A DNA stretch of 64,000 nucleotides from Minisyncoccota bacterium (GCA_041665445.1 JBAYIV010000002.1:5836-69835), one strand, 5' to 3'. Shown: positions 29,086 through 38,001, counted from the first letter of the stretch. The notes: generated by a model not told the origin, from the sequence alone. Numbers and translations: made by a program.

Positions 29086-29235
29086 CTATTGGGTTTTTTT
29101 AAGAAAATGGTACGTGCCCAACGCGATGAGCGCAGTAACCGCAATGACCATCGATGCCATCGGGTTGAGCATGGCCGAGAAAAGCACCAACAGTGCCGCC
29201 AGCATAGCGATAATTCCCTCAATTTTGTTTGACAT
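29086..29235 (-). CDS. small hydrophobic peptide (49 aa, two predicted TM segments)
   Basis: MSNKIEGIIAMLAALLVLFSAMLNPMASMVIAVTALIALGTYHFLKKTQ; extended -10 (TGATATACT) ~30 nt upstream; not in the supplied ORF track (below the length cutoff); coordinates +/-2. Confidence 0.3.
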   Translation of the reverse strand: MSNKIEGIIAMLAALLVLFSAMLNPMASMVIAVTALIALGTYHFLKKTQ

Positions 29236-29264
29236 AACAATACTTTTTTATTTTTATCATCAAT

Positions 29265-29275
29265 AGTATATCACG
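29265..29275 (-). promoter_or_regulatory. extended -10 promoter element CGTGATATACT
   Basis: Minus-strand GTGATATACTATTGATG upstream of the small peptide ORF. Confidence 0.35.
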
Positions 29276-29340
29276 CACCGTTTTTTCCCGACACCCTCCC
29301 CACCTCCAACTTCTTCGTCCTCGCCGCAAACAAGCCCCCG

Positions 29341-30714
29341 TCAAGTAAAAAGTTTTTGCCGTCCCTGCTGCAGATCCGCCCCACTCTCAAACCGTTTCAT
29401 AAAATTCTCCACCCGGCGATCGATAAATGCATGCCGCTTCTCCAGCGGTCGCACCAGCCAAAGCCCATCCAAACTCCTACACCGGCTCAAGGCGACGTAC
29501 GCCTGACCGTGTGCAAATGTCCCATGGCCAAAATCAATAATCATTTTATCAAAGGTTTTCCCCTGAGCCTTGTGGATGGTGAGCGCCCAAGCAAGACGCA
29601 ATGGATACTGCGCAAATGATCCGACTCTTTGAGATTCGATTTTCTTCGCATCTTTGTTATAAATATATTTTATTTTTTCCCACGTATGCCGTTCAACGGC
29701 GTGAACGGTGCCGTCCGACAAACGCACATCTACAATAAGAGTTCCATCCGCATCTTTTTTTATGTCCTCGATGAAACCAACATCACCGTTCACCCATCTG
29801 CCACGCTGATCATTATTAAGCAACATTACCTGCGCTCCCCGCTTTAAGAAAAGCCTGCTTTCCGTCGGAAGTTCTCTTGCAAAAAAATCCCCAGCGACCA
29901 CTCCTTCAGAGATGAATGCTCCCGATTGGATTTGACCAAGTTTTGCATTGTTGATTGTCGAGGCCGCGCCATTAGTGGGCACCAGATAAACATACGCATC
30001 ATCAGAAAAATCAAACTGCTCGTCGACGACCCGCTGATTAATAATTTCCAAATGCCCATCTTCGACTCGGGAAATTCTCAGCGCATCCAAGACGGCGATA
30101 AACTCGGGATCACTCTGACGATGGACGTCTTTGAGCTCAACGCAATGGATGTCAAGCGACTGGAAAGAATGCGCGCTGAAAAAATATGGACTTTCGTACG
30201 CCGTCTCAAAAATAGCTTCCTCGCCGCCGCCGACAACGGGCGGCAATTGATACAAGTCCCCAATAAATATCATCTGGACGCCGCCAAAAGGAAGTTTCTT
30301 ATTCCTGCCGTTCGCCCTCAAAAATTGATCAACGCAATCAAGCAGATCGGCGCGCACCATCGATATTTCATCGATCACAATAGCTTCGATTTCCTTAAAA
30401 AAAGCACTCCGCCTGCTGTGCCGCCGCCCCGCGTCGTCAACCGTTATCCCGGGCGCAAAACCGAAAAACGAATGGATCGTCTGTCCATCCACGTTAATAG
30501 CGGCCACGCCCGTAGGAGCCAAAACCACAAGCTTCTTGGCGCTATGCGTTTGAAAATGGCGCAAAAGCGTCGACTTGCCCGTCCCCGCTCGTCCGGTTAA
30601 AAAAATATTTTCCTGCGTTCGTTCCATGCGGTCAAGAACGAGCAGCTCTTCTTGCGTAAAAACAAAATCATCCATTGATGTTTTTCCATTCATCGCCGTA
30701 TTGCGTTTGCACAA
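29341..30714 (-). CDS. Pif1-family SF1B DNA helicase (RecD-like)
   Basis: Walker A FLTGRAGTGKST, Walker B VIDEISMV, Pif1 signature KKLPFGGVQMIFIGDLYQLPPV, ALTIHKAQGKTFD, AYVALSRCRSL. Confidence 0.8.
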   Translation of the reverse strand: MCKRNTAMNGKTSMDDFVFTQEELLVLDRMERTQENIFLTGRAGTGKSTLLRHFQTHSAKKLVVLAPTGVAAINVDGQTIHSFFGFAPGITVDDAGRRHSRRSAFFKEIEAIVIDEISMVRADLLDCVDQFLRANGRNKKLPFGGVQMIFIGDLYQLPPVVGGGEEAIFETAYESPYFFSAHSFQSLDIHCVELKDVHRQSDPEFIAVLDALRISRVEDGHLEIINQRVVDEQFDFSDDAYVYLVPTNGAASTINNAKLGQIQSGAFISEGVVAGDFFARELPTESRLFLKRGAQVMLLNNDQRGRWVNGDVGFIEDIKKDADGTLIVDVRLSDGTVHAVERHTWEKIKYIYNKDAKKIESQRVGSFAQYPLRLAWALTIHKAQGKTFDKMIIDFGHGTFAHGQAYVALSRCRSLDGLWLVRPLEKRHAFIDRRVENFMKRFESGADLQQGRQKLFT

Positions 30715-30788
30715 AGCATAGCACGCCCGGCCATCAGCGGCTACATTTTTTGCCTCCGCATATCAGGCGCAACGACGTAAAATTTGCC

Positions 30789-30810
30789 TCCTATTCGCTT
30801 ATTCGCGCGC
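30789..30810 (-). promoter_or_regulatory. conserved upstream motif copy 1 (CCTATTCGCTTATTCGCGCGC), ~80 nt upstream of the Pif1 helicase gene
   Basis: One of three copies of TTCCTTATTCGC(T/A)TATTCG(C/T)(G/A)CG; minus-strand reading contains tandem CGAATAAG half-sites. Confidence 0.5.
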
Positions 30811-30853
30811 CTGCCGGCAGACAGGAATCAAAGAAGCAATGAGTGGGGAACAT

Positions 30854-31075
30854 TTAGAGAACCACTTGTTCCTGCTGTGCTTGATCACTGGATGCGTTTT
30901 CCGAGGAAGGCGCGGCGGTTTTTGGGGAACGCGTGTTGCGTTCGATTTTCTCCAATCGGTCTACGATTTTATCTATTTTCCAATACCACAAAGCCACAAA
31001 GCGAAAAACGAGAAAGAGCCCCACAACAACCACCAGAAAAAACAAAAATGAAAACATGACGCCAAAGATTTCCAT
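30854..31075 (-). CDS. small single-TM membrane protein (73 aa)
   Basis: MEIFGVMFSFLFFLVVVVGLFLVFRFVALWYW then a polar tail; preceded by motif copy 2. Confidence 0.45.
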   Translation of the reverse strand: MEIFGVMFSFLFFLVVVVGLFLVFRFVALWYWKIDKIVDRLEKIERNTRSPKTAAPSSENASSDQAQQEQVVL

Positions 31076-31110
31076 ATTTTTTTATTAGTTATTTTTTAAT
31101 TTTATTGTTT

Positions 31111-31138
31111 TAATTCCTTATTCGCTTATTCGCGCGAA
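31111..31138 (-). promoter_or_regulatory. conserved upstream motif copy 2 (TAATTCCTTATTCGCTTATTCGCGCGAA)
   Basis: 36-63 nt upstream of the 30854..31075 start. Confidence 0.5.
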
Positions 31139-31170
31139 TTAGAGATGCAAATATAAGACGAACAAGAAAA

Positions 31171-32007
31171 CTACACCCAGTTTTCTTTGAGATACTGAGC
31201 AAGCCATTCCTGCAATTTTTCTTTTGAGACAACACTCACATCATTTACTTTTGCTAAATCCAGCGCCGGTTGCGTAAACTCACTGGTAGTCACCACCATA
31301 GCCTTGTTACAGTTATAAAAATTCTTTGCGGCAACCGCTTCCTGAATCGCCGCATTACTGACCGTCCAGTCGCGATACGCCTTTGCTTGCACCACGATCC
31401 GCTCGTCTCCTTTTTGGATTACCAGATCCCCACCCTGATCGCCCGCGTGTCCGACATGTTGCGTCACATATTCCATTTTTTCAAACAACCGATAGAGCAA
31501 CCCCTCAAATTCAACACCACTGAGCGCATGCAAATGCTTAGAAACGCCCGCAGATCCAGCAACGGTTCGATTCATTTCTCGTTCGTCTATATATCCCCGC
31601 AATAATGCCGTCACCTCTTTTGGCTTGAGCACGACCCTCTGGTCCGCAAGGTACTTCATTAGATCGTTAATACGATGCCAATCAAACGTGTGATTTCTAT
31701 AGTGCCACACGCTTCCTCGTCGTCCATCCTGCCCAAAGCCAAAACTGGAAATAAAATTCTTGATATATTCCTCAAGATGTTTTTCTGCAATTTGCTCCTG
31801 AATTTTTTTATGCCGGGCGCCGCGCACCATTCGCACCCCAATAATGGTCGCTACCGCCGCGACAATGGCCACAACAAAATATCCCAACCACCGCCAAAAT
31901 CGAGCGCGGTCACCAAACCACGACAATGCCATAACCAAAAGATATATACCAAACAAACCAATAACGGGACGATATAATTCTTCAGCGAGAGACGATTGGC
32001 GACGCAT
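31171..32007 (-). CDS. Mrr-like restriction endonuclease (Mrr_cat domain) with two N-terminal TM helices
   Basis: SGVEFEGLLYRLFEKMEY...GDQGGDLVIQKGDERIVVQAKAY...AMVVTTSEFTQPA = Mrr catalytic-domain pattern; N-terminal TMs. Confidence 0.7.
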   Translation of the reverse strand: MRRQSSLAEELYRPVIGLFGIYLLVMALSWFGDRARFWRWLGYFVVAIVAAVATIIGVRMVRGARHKKIQEQIAEKHLEEYIKNFISSFGFGQDGRRGSVWHYRNHTFDWHRINDLMKYLADQRVVLKPKEVTALLRGYIDEREMNRTVAGSAGVSKHLHALSGVEFEGLLYRLFEKMEYVTQHVGHAGDQGGDLVIQKGDERIVVQAKAYRDWTVSNAAIQEAVAAKNFYNCNKAMVVTTSEFTQPALDLAKVNDVSVVSKEKLQEWLAQYLKENWV

Positions 32008-32044
32008 GGTGATTTATTAATTATTTTTTTAAATTGTACCACTT

Positions 32045-32072
32045 TAATTCCTTATTCGCATATTCGTACGAA
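32045..32072 (-). promoter_or_regulatory. conserved upstream motif copy 3 (TAATTCCTTATTCGCATATTCGTACGAA) followed by shared CGAACAAGAAA
   Basis: 38-65 nt upstream of the Mrr-like start. Confidence 0.5.
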
Positions 32073-32103
32073 CAAGAAACAAAAAGAATCCCTCGCTCAT
32101 TTC

Positions 32104-32295
32104 TCATAGATACCGCGGCTGAAACTTAGGATAACTTTCCTGATCGAAAAAATCTAAATCCTCATCATCAGCCCAAACAAGCTCCGTAAACTCTCCAAAA
32201 TCTTCTCCATAACCAAGACACATTGCTTTTAAGCAACTAAAAAGATTGAATCTCAAAACAATTTTTGCAATAAGCGGAAAAATCGAAATCGCCAT
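32104..32295 (-). CDS. small acidic hypothetical protein (63 aa)
   Basis: ORF between Mrr-like and DpnI-like genes, no overlaps; acidic C-terminus (WADDEDLDFFDQE). Confidence 0.3.
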   Translation of the reverse strand: MAISIFPLIAKIVLRFNLFSCLKAMCLGYGEDFGEFTELVWADDEDLDFFDQESYPKFQPRYL

Positions 32296-32297
32296 GT

Positions 32298-33086
32298 TTA
32301 AGTTAATTCATAGCGCCCGCGTGCCACAAAATCTAAATAGCCATTGTCTCGCAATACTTGCAATTGCTGGCGAATTTTATCCTTGATGTGGCGATTCTCT
32401 GGATGAAGTCTTTTTAACTCATTCTCAAATACATAAACATCATCAAGTTTAAACTCGCGTTTATTAAGTTTTTCAAGGCTTCGCATAATATCGAGAAGCC
32501 ATCCCTTCGTCGAAACCTCTTTCTCTTCTCTCAAAAATAAAGTTTTCTTCCAATCGGCGAGCACTTTCCCCCTTGATTCAATTTTTCCGTCCCGAATAAA
32601 AAATATTCTTCCGCTTTGAGGAACATTACCAAGAAAAATATTACAACCAACCCAACCTGCGCGCTGAGCCGTCGACGCGAGAGGTTTTCTTTTTTCTATA
32701 ATCCCCGGAACAAAAAAGTGTTTTGGAATTACTGAAAAATTAACTACCTCAAACCTCGCAGTGTAGTTCAAAAGAAAAAAATTAGGGTTGCCACTACTCG
32801 TGAGCCGATCCAACATTGTACGATAAGAACCATCAACAACCCTCAAACCGAAAGCGTCCTTTTTGCTTTTTAACTCATAATCCTCATGGCAATTCGAACA
32901 ACAAAAATCGGCCACAGGCTGATTGTTTGAATATTTATCGATACCAACACACCCACAATTTGGACAGAAAATTGAATCGCTAACCCACCGCTCTGTTAAA
33001 ACGCGAATTTTCTGTGATGTGCTTTGATAATTTGCCGCAAGACTTGTGTCAAACTTCAATTTCATAAAAACGTCATCCACTATCAT
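32298..33086 (-). CDS. DpnI-like methyl-directed type II restriction endonuclease (PD-(D/E)XK catalytic domain plus C-terminal winged helix)
   Basis: Start MIVDDVFMK; CPNCG zinc-like motif, PVADF...YELKSKK (D-x11-E-x-K spacing as in DpnI), C-terminal IKDKIRQQLQVLRDNGYLDF; the upstream 93 codons of the track ORF look non-coding. Confidence 0.55.
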   Translation of the reverse strand: MIVDDVFMKLKFDTSLAANYQSTSQKIRVLTERWVSDSIFCPNCGCVGIDKYSNNQPVADFCCSNCHEDYELKSKKDAFGLRVVDGSYRTMLDRLTSSGNPNFFLLNYTARFEVVNFSVIPKHFFVPGIIEKRKPLASTAQRAGWVGCNIFLGNVPQSGRIFFIRDGKIESRGKVLADWKKTLFLREEKEVSTKGWLLDIMRSLEKLNKREFKLDDVYVFENELKRLHPENRHIKDKIRQQLQVLRDNGYLDFVARGRYELT

Positions 33087-33207
33087 ACCCCTTACAGATG
33101 CGGGCGTAAAGTGAAAAGAGATGCCACTTCCCAAAAGAAAAAGCGGTGCCGGAGAGATGAAATAGTTCCATCTCTCCGGCACCGCAGGGTGCGATCGGAC
33201 GACCAGA

Positions 33208-33624
33208 TTACGAACAGTCGCCCGAAAGAAACTTCTTGATGATCTCCGGATATTCCGGATCGATCGGCTTGTACACGCGGTCCATGCCCCAAAGAAGGAC
33301 CTCGCGTGCGTAGTTACTACGCTTGTCACGTTTGTCGAATGGGGGCAGTGTCTCCCACCCATCCTTGGATCTAACCAGGATCAGAGAGCCGTGCTCGTAC
33401 TGCGATGGCACAATCGCCATCAACCCTCCGTCTCTCAATCGGATGACGTCCCCTGGCTGGCACGCATCAAGCAGGACTTCCATCTTGACTATGTGCATCT
33501 TGTCGCCGGTGGTTAGTGCGCCCTCCCACGCAACTTGTTTCTGCTGGGACACGCATGCCCGATGGAACAAGAGGAAGCACAATGCAAACAATGTAAGTGC
33601 TGCTGCGAAACTTAAGGTTTTCAC
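33208..33624 (-). CDS. hypothetical secreted protein (GTG start, signal peptide)
   Basis: GGGAGG SD 5 nt before GTG; VKTLSFAAALTLFALCFLLF signal; GC-rich block. Confidence 0.45.
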   Translation of the reverse strand: MKTLSFAAALTLFALCFLLFHRACVSQQKQVAWEGALTTGDKMHIVKMEVLLDACQPGDVIRLRDGGLMAIVPSQYEHGSLILVRSKDGWETLPPFDKRDKRSNYAREVLLWGMDRVYKPIDPEYPEIIKKFLSGDCS

Positions 33625-33667
33625 AGAAACCTCCCTTTCGCAATCTCTTCTTGTGAGAAGTTTCCGC

Positions 33668-33991
33668 TCAGTCCCCCATGCCGCGCAGGAAAGTTTGGAC
33701 ATCTTTGCCCGCACCATCCTGAACGTCACCGAAGTTGAAGATCCGCTGAAGTTGGCGGACTTGGCAGTAGATACCGCCGTTGTACTTCTCCAGCGCGTGC
33801 CGGTACTTAGCACGCAAGGACGCGGGCGGCTCGAACGGCGGCTGCTTTCCCTCCTCCTCCAACACATCGATGGCCAATTGAGCGTCCGGGAGAAAGTCGT
33901 TCCAAAAAACGACCTCCTCCTGACTCATACTTGCCATGGTTCCCATGTTGAGGGGAACCCCATCCGGATAAGAAAACCCCTGACACATCAT
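33668..33991 (-). CDS. hypothetical protein
   Basis: ORF in GC-rich block; start uncertain (MGTMASM or MASMSQEE). Confidence 0.3.
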   Translation of the reverse strand: MMCQGFSYPDGVPLNMGTMASMSQEEVVFWNDFLPDAQLAIDVLEEEGKQPPFEPPASLRAKYRHALEKYNGGIYCQVRQLQRIFNFGDVQDGAGKDVQTFLRGMGD

Positions 33992-34021
33992 CGGCCTCCC
34001 TTCTGTGCACGCATGTGAATG

Positions 34022-34477
34022 TTAACAATCATTGCATGACTCGCCGGTCACGTTGAAGCTCTTCCCCAACGTCCATCCCAGAGGCAGGTTGAATTGCCTA
34101 ATCCACCGATATTCGGCGGCGGCCCCCGGATTGGTTTTCATAAGCATATCAAGCTCATGACGTTCTTCCTGGCACGGTTCGCCGAAAATGAAAAGCCAGA
34201 AAGCCAGACCGCTGATTGCACAGGCGGTGACGGAGATAGTGAACAACCGCATTAAGATGCCGGAGGTGCTCGCATCAAAAAACTCCATCGTCCACGCAAT
34301 GAGACCCGCACCCATAGAAAGCGCGACCGTCCCGATTGCCACGCAGAAAATGAAGCAAACAAGGAGACGATCAATCTCCCAAAGATGCGTCAACACCTTG
34401 GCAACGTTCGCGCGTCTGTCTCCGGAGAGTTGACGCACGCGATCCATCATCGCACGATACCCACTGTTTTTTGCCAT
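34022..34477 (-). CDS. hypothetical membrane protein
   Basis: 151 aa, 3 predicted TMs. Confidence 0.4.
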   Translation of the reverse strand: MAKNSGYRAMMDRVRQLSGDRRANVAKVLTHLWEIDRLLVCFIFCVAIGTVALSMGAGLIAWTMEFFDASTSGILMRLFTISVTACAISGLAFWLFIFGEPCQEERHELDMLMKTNPGAAAEYRWIRQFNLPLGWTLGKSFNVTGESCNDC

Positions 34478-34648
34478 GGGATTCTCCCCTTCACGTCAGA
34501 ATTTTAAAAATGTCAATGTTCTATCCGTCATCGCCCAATGCGATAACGGTATGTATCGGTTTTTCCGATGATTGCTTATATCATAAAAATGATTTTTAGT
34601 CAATAAAAAGGGCGCCCACGTATACGCGTGAGCGCCTTGCTTCTTTCG

Positions 34649-35000
34649 CTAGGTTCCTCCTGGCTGGAACATCAGCGTTCCTTTCTGCGAACCATTGTCC
34701 GCACGAATGCCCCGATGCCCATCGATGGGCGGGGGCAAGTGATTGCCGTCGACTCCGTTCGCCGGGTGCGGGCGCCTCCGATGTTTCTGCGGAGAGGCGT
34801 CCCTTGAATGCCGGCGTCTCTTCGAAGACGATCGGGGACAATGCGCGCATCACTATGTCGCATTGCGCCCCCGCTTTGTTCGTCGTTTCTTCCGTCCCGA
34901 CCTTGGTCAGTGGACGACGAACCCGATTTCGTGTGGTTGCACTAGAGTCCCCCTGGCTGGAACATCCTTCCTCCTTTCCGCTTGAACATTCGTCCAAGCA
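34649..35000. repeat. two copies of an imperfect ~60-nt direct repeat (core CC(T/C)CCTGGCTGGAACATC...TTCCTTTC) at 34649..34710 and 34942..35000 in an apparently non-coding GC-rich stretch
   Basis: Seen directly; no convincing ORF covers either copy. Confidence 0.4.
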
Positions 35001-35296
35001 AGGTGATGTGGCGACTCGAGCGTTCCCCGTTCGCGCGCATTCTCCACTTCATCGCGGGTGCGAGCACGAGAACGCCAGGCCGGGTCGCGGTCAGGCGACG
35101 ATGCCCTTGACGCCGAAGACGATGTTCATCAAAAGGATTTCCCGGTAGATTCTGAAGACACGCATGTGTCCTGCCCTCCAAAATAATAATGTAGTGTGCA
35201 AAATCCCAAGGAACACATGGATTGCGGCCATCCGCTTCCCATCCTCAAGATTGATAAGGTACATTATAGCACAATGAAATTATATGTCAAGTACCT

Positions 35297-35338
35297 CCAA
35301 AAAAGAAAACGGGCCCCGCGCAGTATATGCGGGACCCG
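35297..35338 (-). terminator. rho-independent terminator downstream of 35365..35841 (CGGGCCCCGC-N9-GCGGGACCCG then U-run on the minus strand)
   Basis: 9/10-bp GC stem; minus-strand UUUUCUUUUUUGG follows. Confidence 0.6.
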
Positions 35339-35364
35339 GTTGGCACTGACGCGGAATAGAAATG

Positions 35365-35841
35365 TCAGCTCGCTTTGGCAAGGAGAGATGCCTTTATCAC
35401 AGCCGACACGTGGTTGACCGGCAGATCCAGCGCAAGCCAGATGTGATCACACATCCATTCCCCGCCCTGACGATACAGACAGAAGGTGTTTCTGTGTCCG
35501 CACGGACTGCGGACGATGGTTCCGTCAAAATAAATATGAGGCGGTCCACCGCCGATCCTTTCCTCCCAGCACCGAGGAATCATCCGCTTGTTTTCCCAAA
35601 GCACGAGAAATGCTCTGGCATCAAGCAGAACCCACCCGGCCATTTTCAATCGGCTGATCCGCTCAAAACCGCCGACACGAGTATCCCCGTCATCAACGAC
35701 GCTCCCCAGAGAAATCGTCGCAAGATCAACGGAGGCGACGCTCAAGGATTGTTCGTCCTGCTCGGAGATCTTCCATCCCGCGCCGACAAATGTCCCCGGA
35801 TCAAAGGAAACACGCTTAAGCTGTAAAACCGTACCACCCAT
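35365..35841 (-). CDS. hypothetical protein
   Basis: GGGAGG SD upstream of the ATG; terminator downstream; the + strand alternative lacks both. Confidence 0.5.
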   Translation of the reverse strand: MGGTVLQLKRVSFDPGTFVGAGWKISEQDEQSLSVASVDLATISLGSVVDDGDTRVGGFERISRLKMAGWVLLDARAFLVLWENKRMIPRCWEERIGGGPPHIYFDGTIVRSPCGHRNTFCLYRQGGEWMCDHIWLALDLPVNHVSAVIKASLLAKAS

Positions 35842-35974
35842 GACATCCTCCCTTCATCCAAGGTTTGCGTTTTGTTTGGGATCCGTCACCGACTCTTTTC
35901 CGCCATCGTTTCAAAGTTTCCGTTAACGATTATGTCACAATATAATTACCAGGTCAATCTTTGGCGGCCACAGA

Positions 35975-37228
35975 TCATGCATGATCCCCCGCCACAAATC
36001 CGGTCGTCCAACATAGCTGGAGACTATATCCTCCCGATGGTCGGTTAATATTAAGTGCATCACCAACAATATATAACTGCGGCACCACACGCGATTGCAT
36101 GGTTTTAAAATCAACTTCCTCAAGCGCAACTCCCCCCGAAGAGACGATTGCCTTTCGCGCGCCAAGAAGCCCTTTAACATGCATTGGAATCGCCTTTGAT
36201 GCCTGGATAAGTTTAATCCTGTCTTCATGACGCACGCTGTGATTTGGCGTCTGACCATCGATGCTGGTTATTTCAAGTAGCACCGGCACAAGTGCCGGTG
36301 AGATGAGCAAGTCCAGCGTGTTTTTTAATTTTTTATTGCTTTGCGCCGCAAGCAGATGGTGCAAGCGTTGTTTTACCGCGCCGTGATCCAACGCCGGAAA
36401 CAAATCAAGGGCAATGGTTACCTGACCATACCGCAGAGATTCTCCGATGTTTTGGCTCATATTAAGCACCGTCGGACCGCTGATGCCCACATGAGTGAAA
36501 AGCACCTTCCCCTTTTTAACGTCTTGCTTCTTCCCATCCAGCAAGACCGTAAGTTTGATGTTATCAATAACCACACCCGCTATTTTTTTTGCCCACGCAT
36601 CCTTGAGCGCAACGGGGACAAGCGCAAAATCATTTTTTATAATCGTGTGCCCAATCTTTTTAAGCCATCCAAATCCCTCTCCTGTCGATCCCGTTTCGGG
36701 GTGCGAAATGCCTCCTGTGGCAAGCACACAGGCACGCGCCGTCAACATCTCTCCTTTTTTGAGATGAACAACGAATTGCTCCTCTTTTTTGTCAAAAACA
36801 AAACCATCAACCGTTGCATCGGTTCGCACCGCAACGTTGCCCGCCCGCATATAACCGACCAACGCATCCAGTACGGACTGTGATCTGTCCGAAACGGGGA
36901 ACATTCTTCCCTCCGCCTCTTCTTTCGTCTTCATCCCCTGATGATTAAAAAAAGTAAGCGTCTTTTGGACGTCGTACTGCGCAAACGCAGACATGAGAAA
37001 TTGGTCGCTCCCAACATAGTGTGCCGCCAACGTACGCACGATACGCTGATTATTGGTAACATTGCACCGTCCTCCGCCGGTGATAAGCAGTTTTTTTCCC
37101 AGCACAGGATTTTTTTCGAGCAGCAAAACCGAGCGGCCTCGTTCGGCCGCCCGTCCCGCCGCCATCATGCCCGCCGGTCCTCCGCCGATAACCACCACAT
37201 CGCAGACACCATGCTTCTTGTTTTTTAT
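35975..37228 (-). CDS. NAD(P)/FAD-dependent oxidoreductase, HI0933/YhiN (aminoacetone-oxidase-like) family
   Basis: N-terminal Rossmann DVVVIGGGPAGMMAAGRAAERG, LLLEKNPVLGKKLLITGGGRCNVTN, C-terminal GDALNINRPSGGYSLQ; start at MIKNKKHG. Confidence 0.85.
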   Translation of the reverse strand: MKNKKHGVCDVVVIGGGPAGMMAAGRAAERGRSVLLLEKNPVLGKKLLITGGGRCNVTNNQRIVRTLAAHYVGSDQFLMSAFAQYDVQKTLTFFNHQGMKTKEEAEGRMFPVSDRSQSVLDALVGYMRAGNVAVRTDATVDGFVFDKKEEQFVVHLKKGEMLTARACVLATGGISHPETGSTGEGFGWLKKIGHTIIKNDFALVPVALKDAWAKKIAGVVIDNIKLTVLLDGKKQDVKKGKVLFTHVGISGPTVLNMSQNIGESLRYGQVTIALDLFPALDHGAVKQRLHHLLAAQSNKKLKNTLDLLISPALVPVLLEITSIDGQTPNHSVRHEDRIKLIQASKAIPMHVKGLLGARKAIVSSGGVALEEVDFKTMQSRVVPQLYIVGDALNINRPSGGYSLQLCWTTGFVAGDHA

Positions 37229-37377
37229 CATACCGCAACCGCTCCGCTTGTTGTTTAAAATCATCACACCATCCACTCACTCCCTCCCGCCTCATTCGCC
37301 CATTTGCATGAATGAGCGAACAAAGACCGGGAGTCATTCAAAAAAACATTTTTAAAATCACGCCGAAAAAACAAATT

Positions 37378-38001
37378 TTATTTTTTCCCTTTTTTTACGG
37401 TCTTCTTTGCTTTTGCGGGTTTGGCCGCCGCCACTGGTTTGATAGTCGCCGCGGATTTAGCGTCAACTGGTTTTGTAACAACCGGATTCTGATTCATGGC
37501 CGCGCGCAAGGTTTCTCTAACTTTTTCTTCCACCATCACCGGTTTTACGAACGGCGCAGGAGCAGACATCGCTTCCACAGCTTTAATGAGCCGATCCATT
37601 TTTGCGTTCAGAAGCTCCAATTGTCTTTTCACTTCATCGTTGTTTCCTCCAGCAGTCCCGCCGCCAAAATCGGTTCTTGCCTGAATCGCACGGTCGCCAA
37701 AGCTCCTTTGCGGAAATCGGCTTTCTCCCCGGTCATCGCCTCCATCTCTTTTGGCCCCAAAGCAGGCCGTGCAATAGACGGGCTTGCCTGGCGCGGGACG
37801 AAACGGCACCTCGCAGGGTTTTCCGCACTGATCGCAAATTGCTTCGTGCATGGTAACCGAGCCGCGATCTCTGTCGCCAAAGCTGCCTCTATTGCCCCCG
37901 CCGGAAAAATTCGATCGGCCGCCGCCATCGCGTCCTCTAAATCCCCCGCCGCCTCCGCCTCCGCCAAAACGCTTCCCACCGCTTCGTTTAAAATCTCCCA
38001 T
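37378..38001 (-). CDS. CxxC-x17-CxxC zinc-ribbon protein with Gly/Arg-rich N-terminus and Lys/Ala-rich basic C-terminal tail
   Basis: CDQCGKPCEVPFRPAPGKPVYCTAC = C-x2-C-x17-C-x2-C; GGGGGGGGFRGRDGGGRS; C-terminal AAKPAKAKKTVKKGKK. Confidence 0.6.
   Translation of the reverse strand: MGDFKRSGGKRFGGGGGGGGFRGRDGGGRSNFSGGGNRGSFGDRDRGSVTMHEAICDQCGKPCEVPFRPAPGKPVYCTACFGAKRDGGDDRGESRFPQRSFGDRAIQARTDFGGGTAGGNNDEVKRQLELLNAKMDRLIKAVEAMSAPAPFVKPVMVEEKVRETLRAAMNQNPVVTKPVDAKSAATIKPVAAAKPAKAKKTVKKGKK

Noticed and set aside
32298-33362. Full 354-aa version of the DpnI-like ORF
   Set aside because: The first 93 codons (MGGRHCPHST...SVRG) are Arg/Ser-rich and unlike the rest; the conserved protein starts at MIVDDVF (33086)
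34596-35181. ORFs 34596..34997(-), 34743..34985(+), 34804..35148(+), 34942..35181(-)
   Set aside because: Mutually overlapping, Arg-rich, no SD; the region is better explained as non-coding DNA containing the 60-nt direct repeats
35362-35826. Plus-strand 154-aa ORF
   Set aside because: The minus-strand partner has a GGGAGG SD and a downstream terminator; the plus ORF has neither
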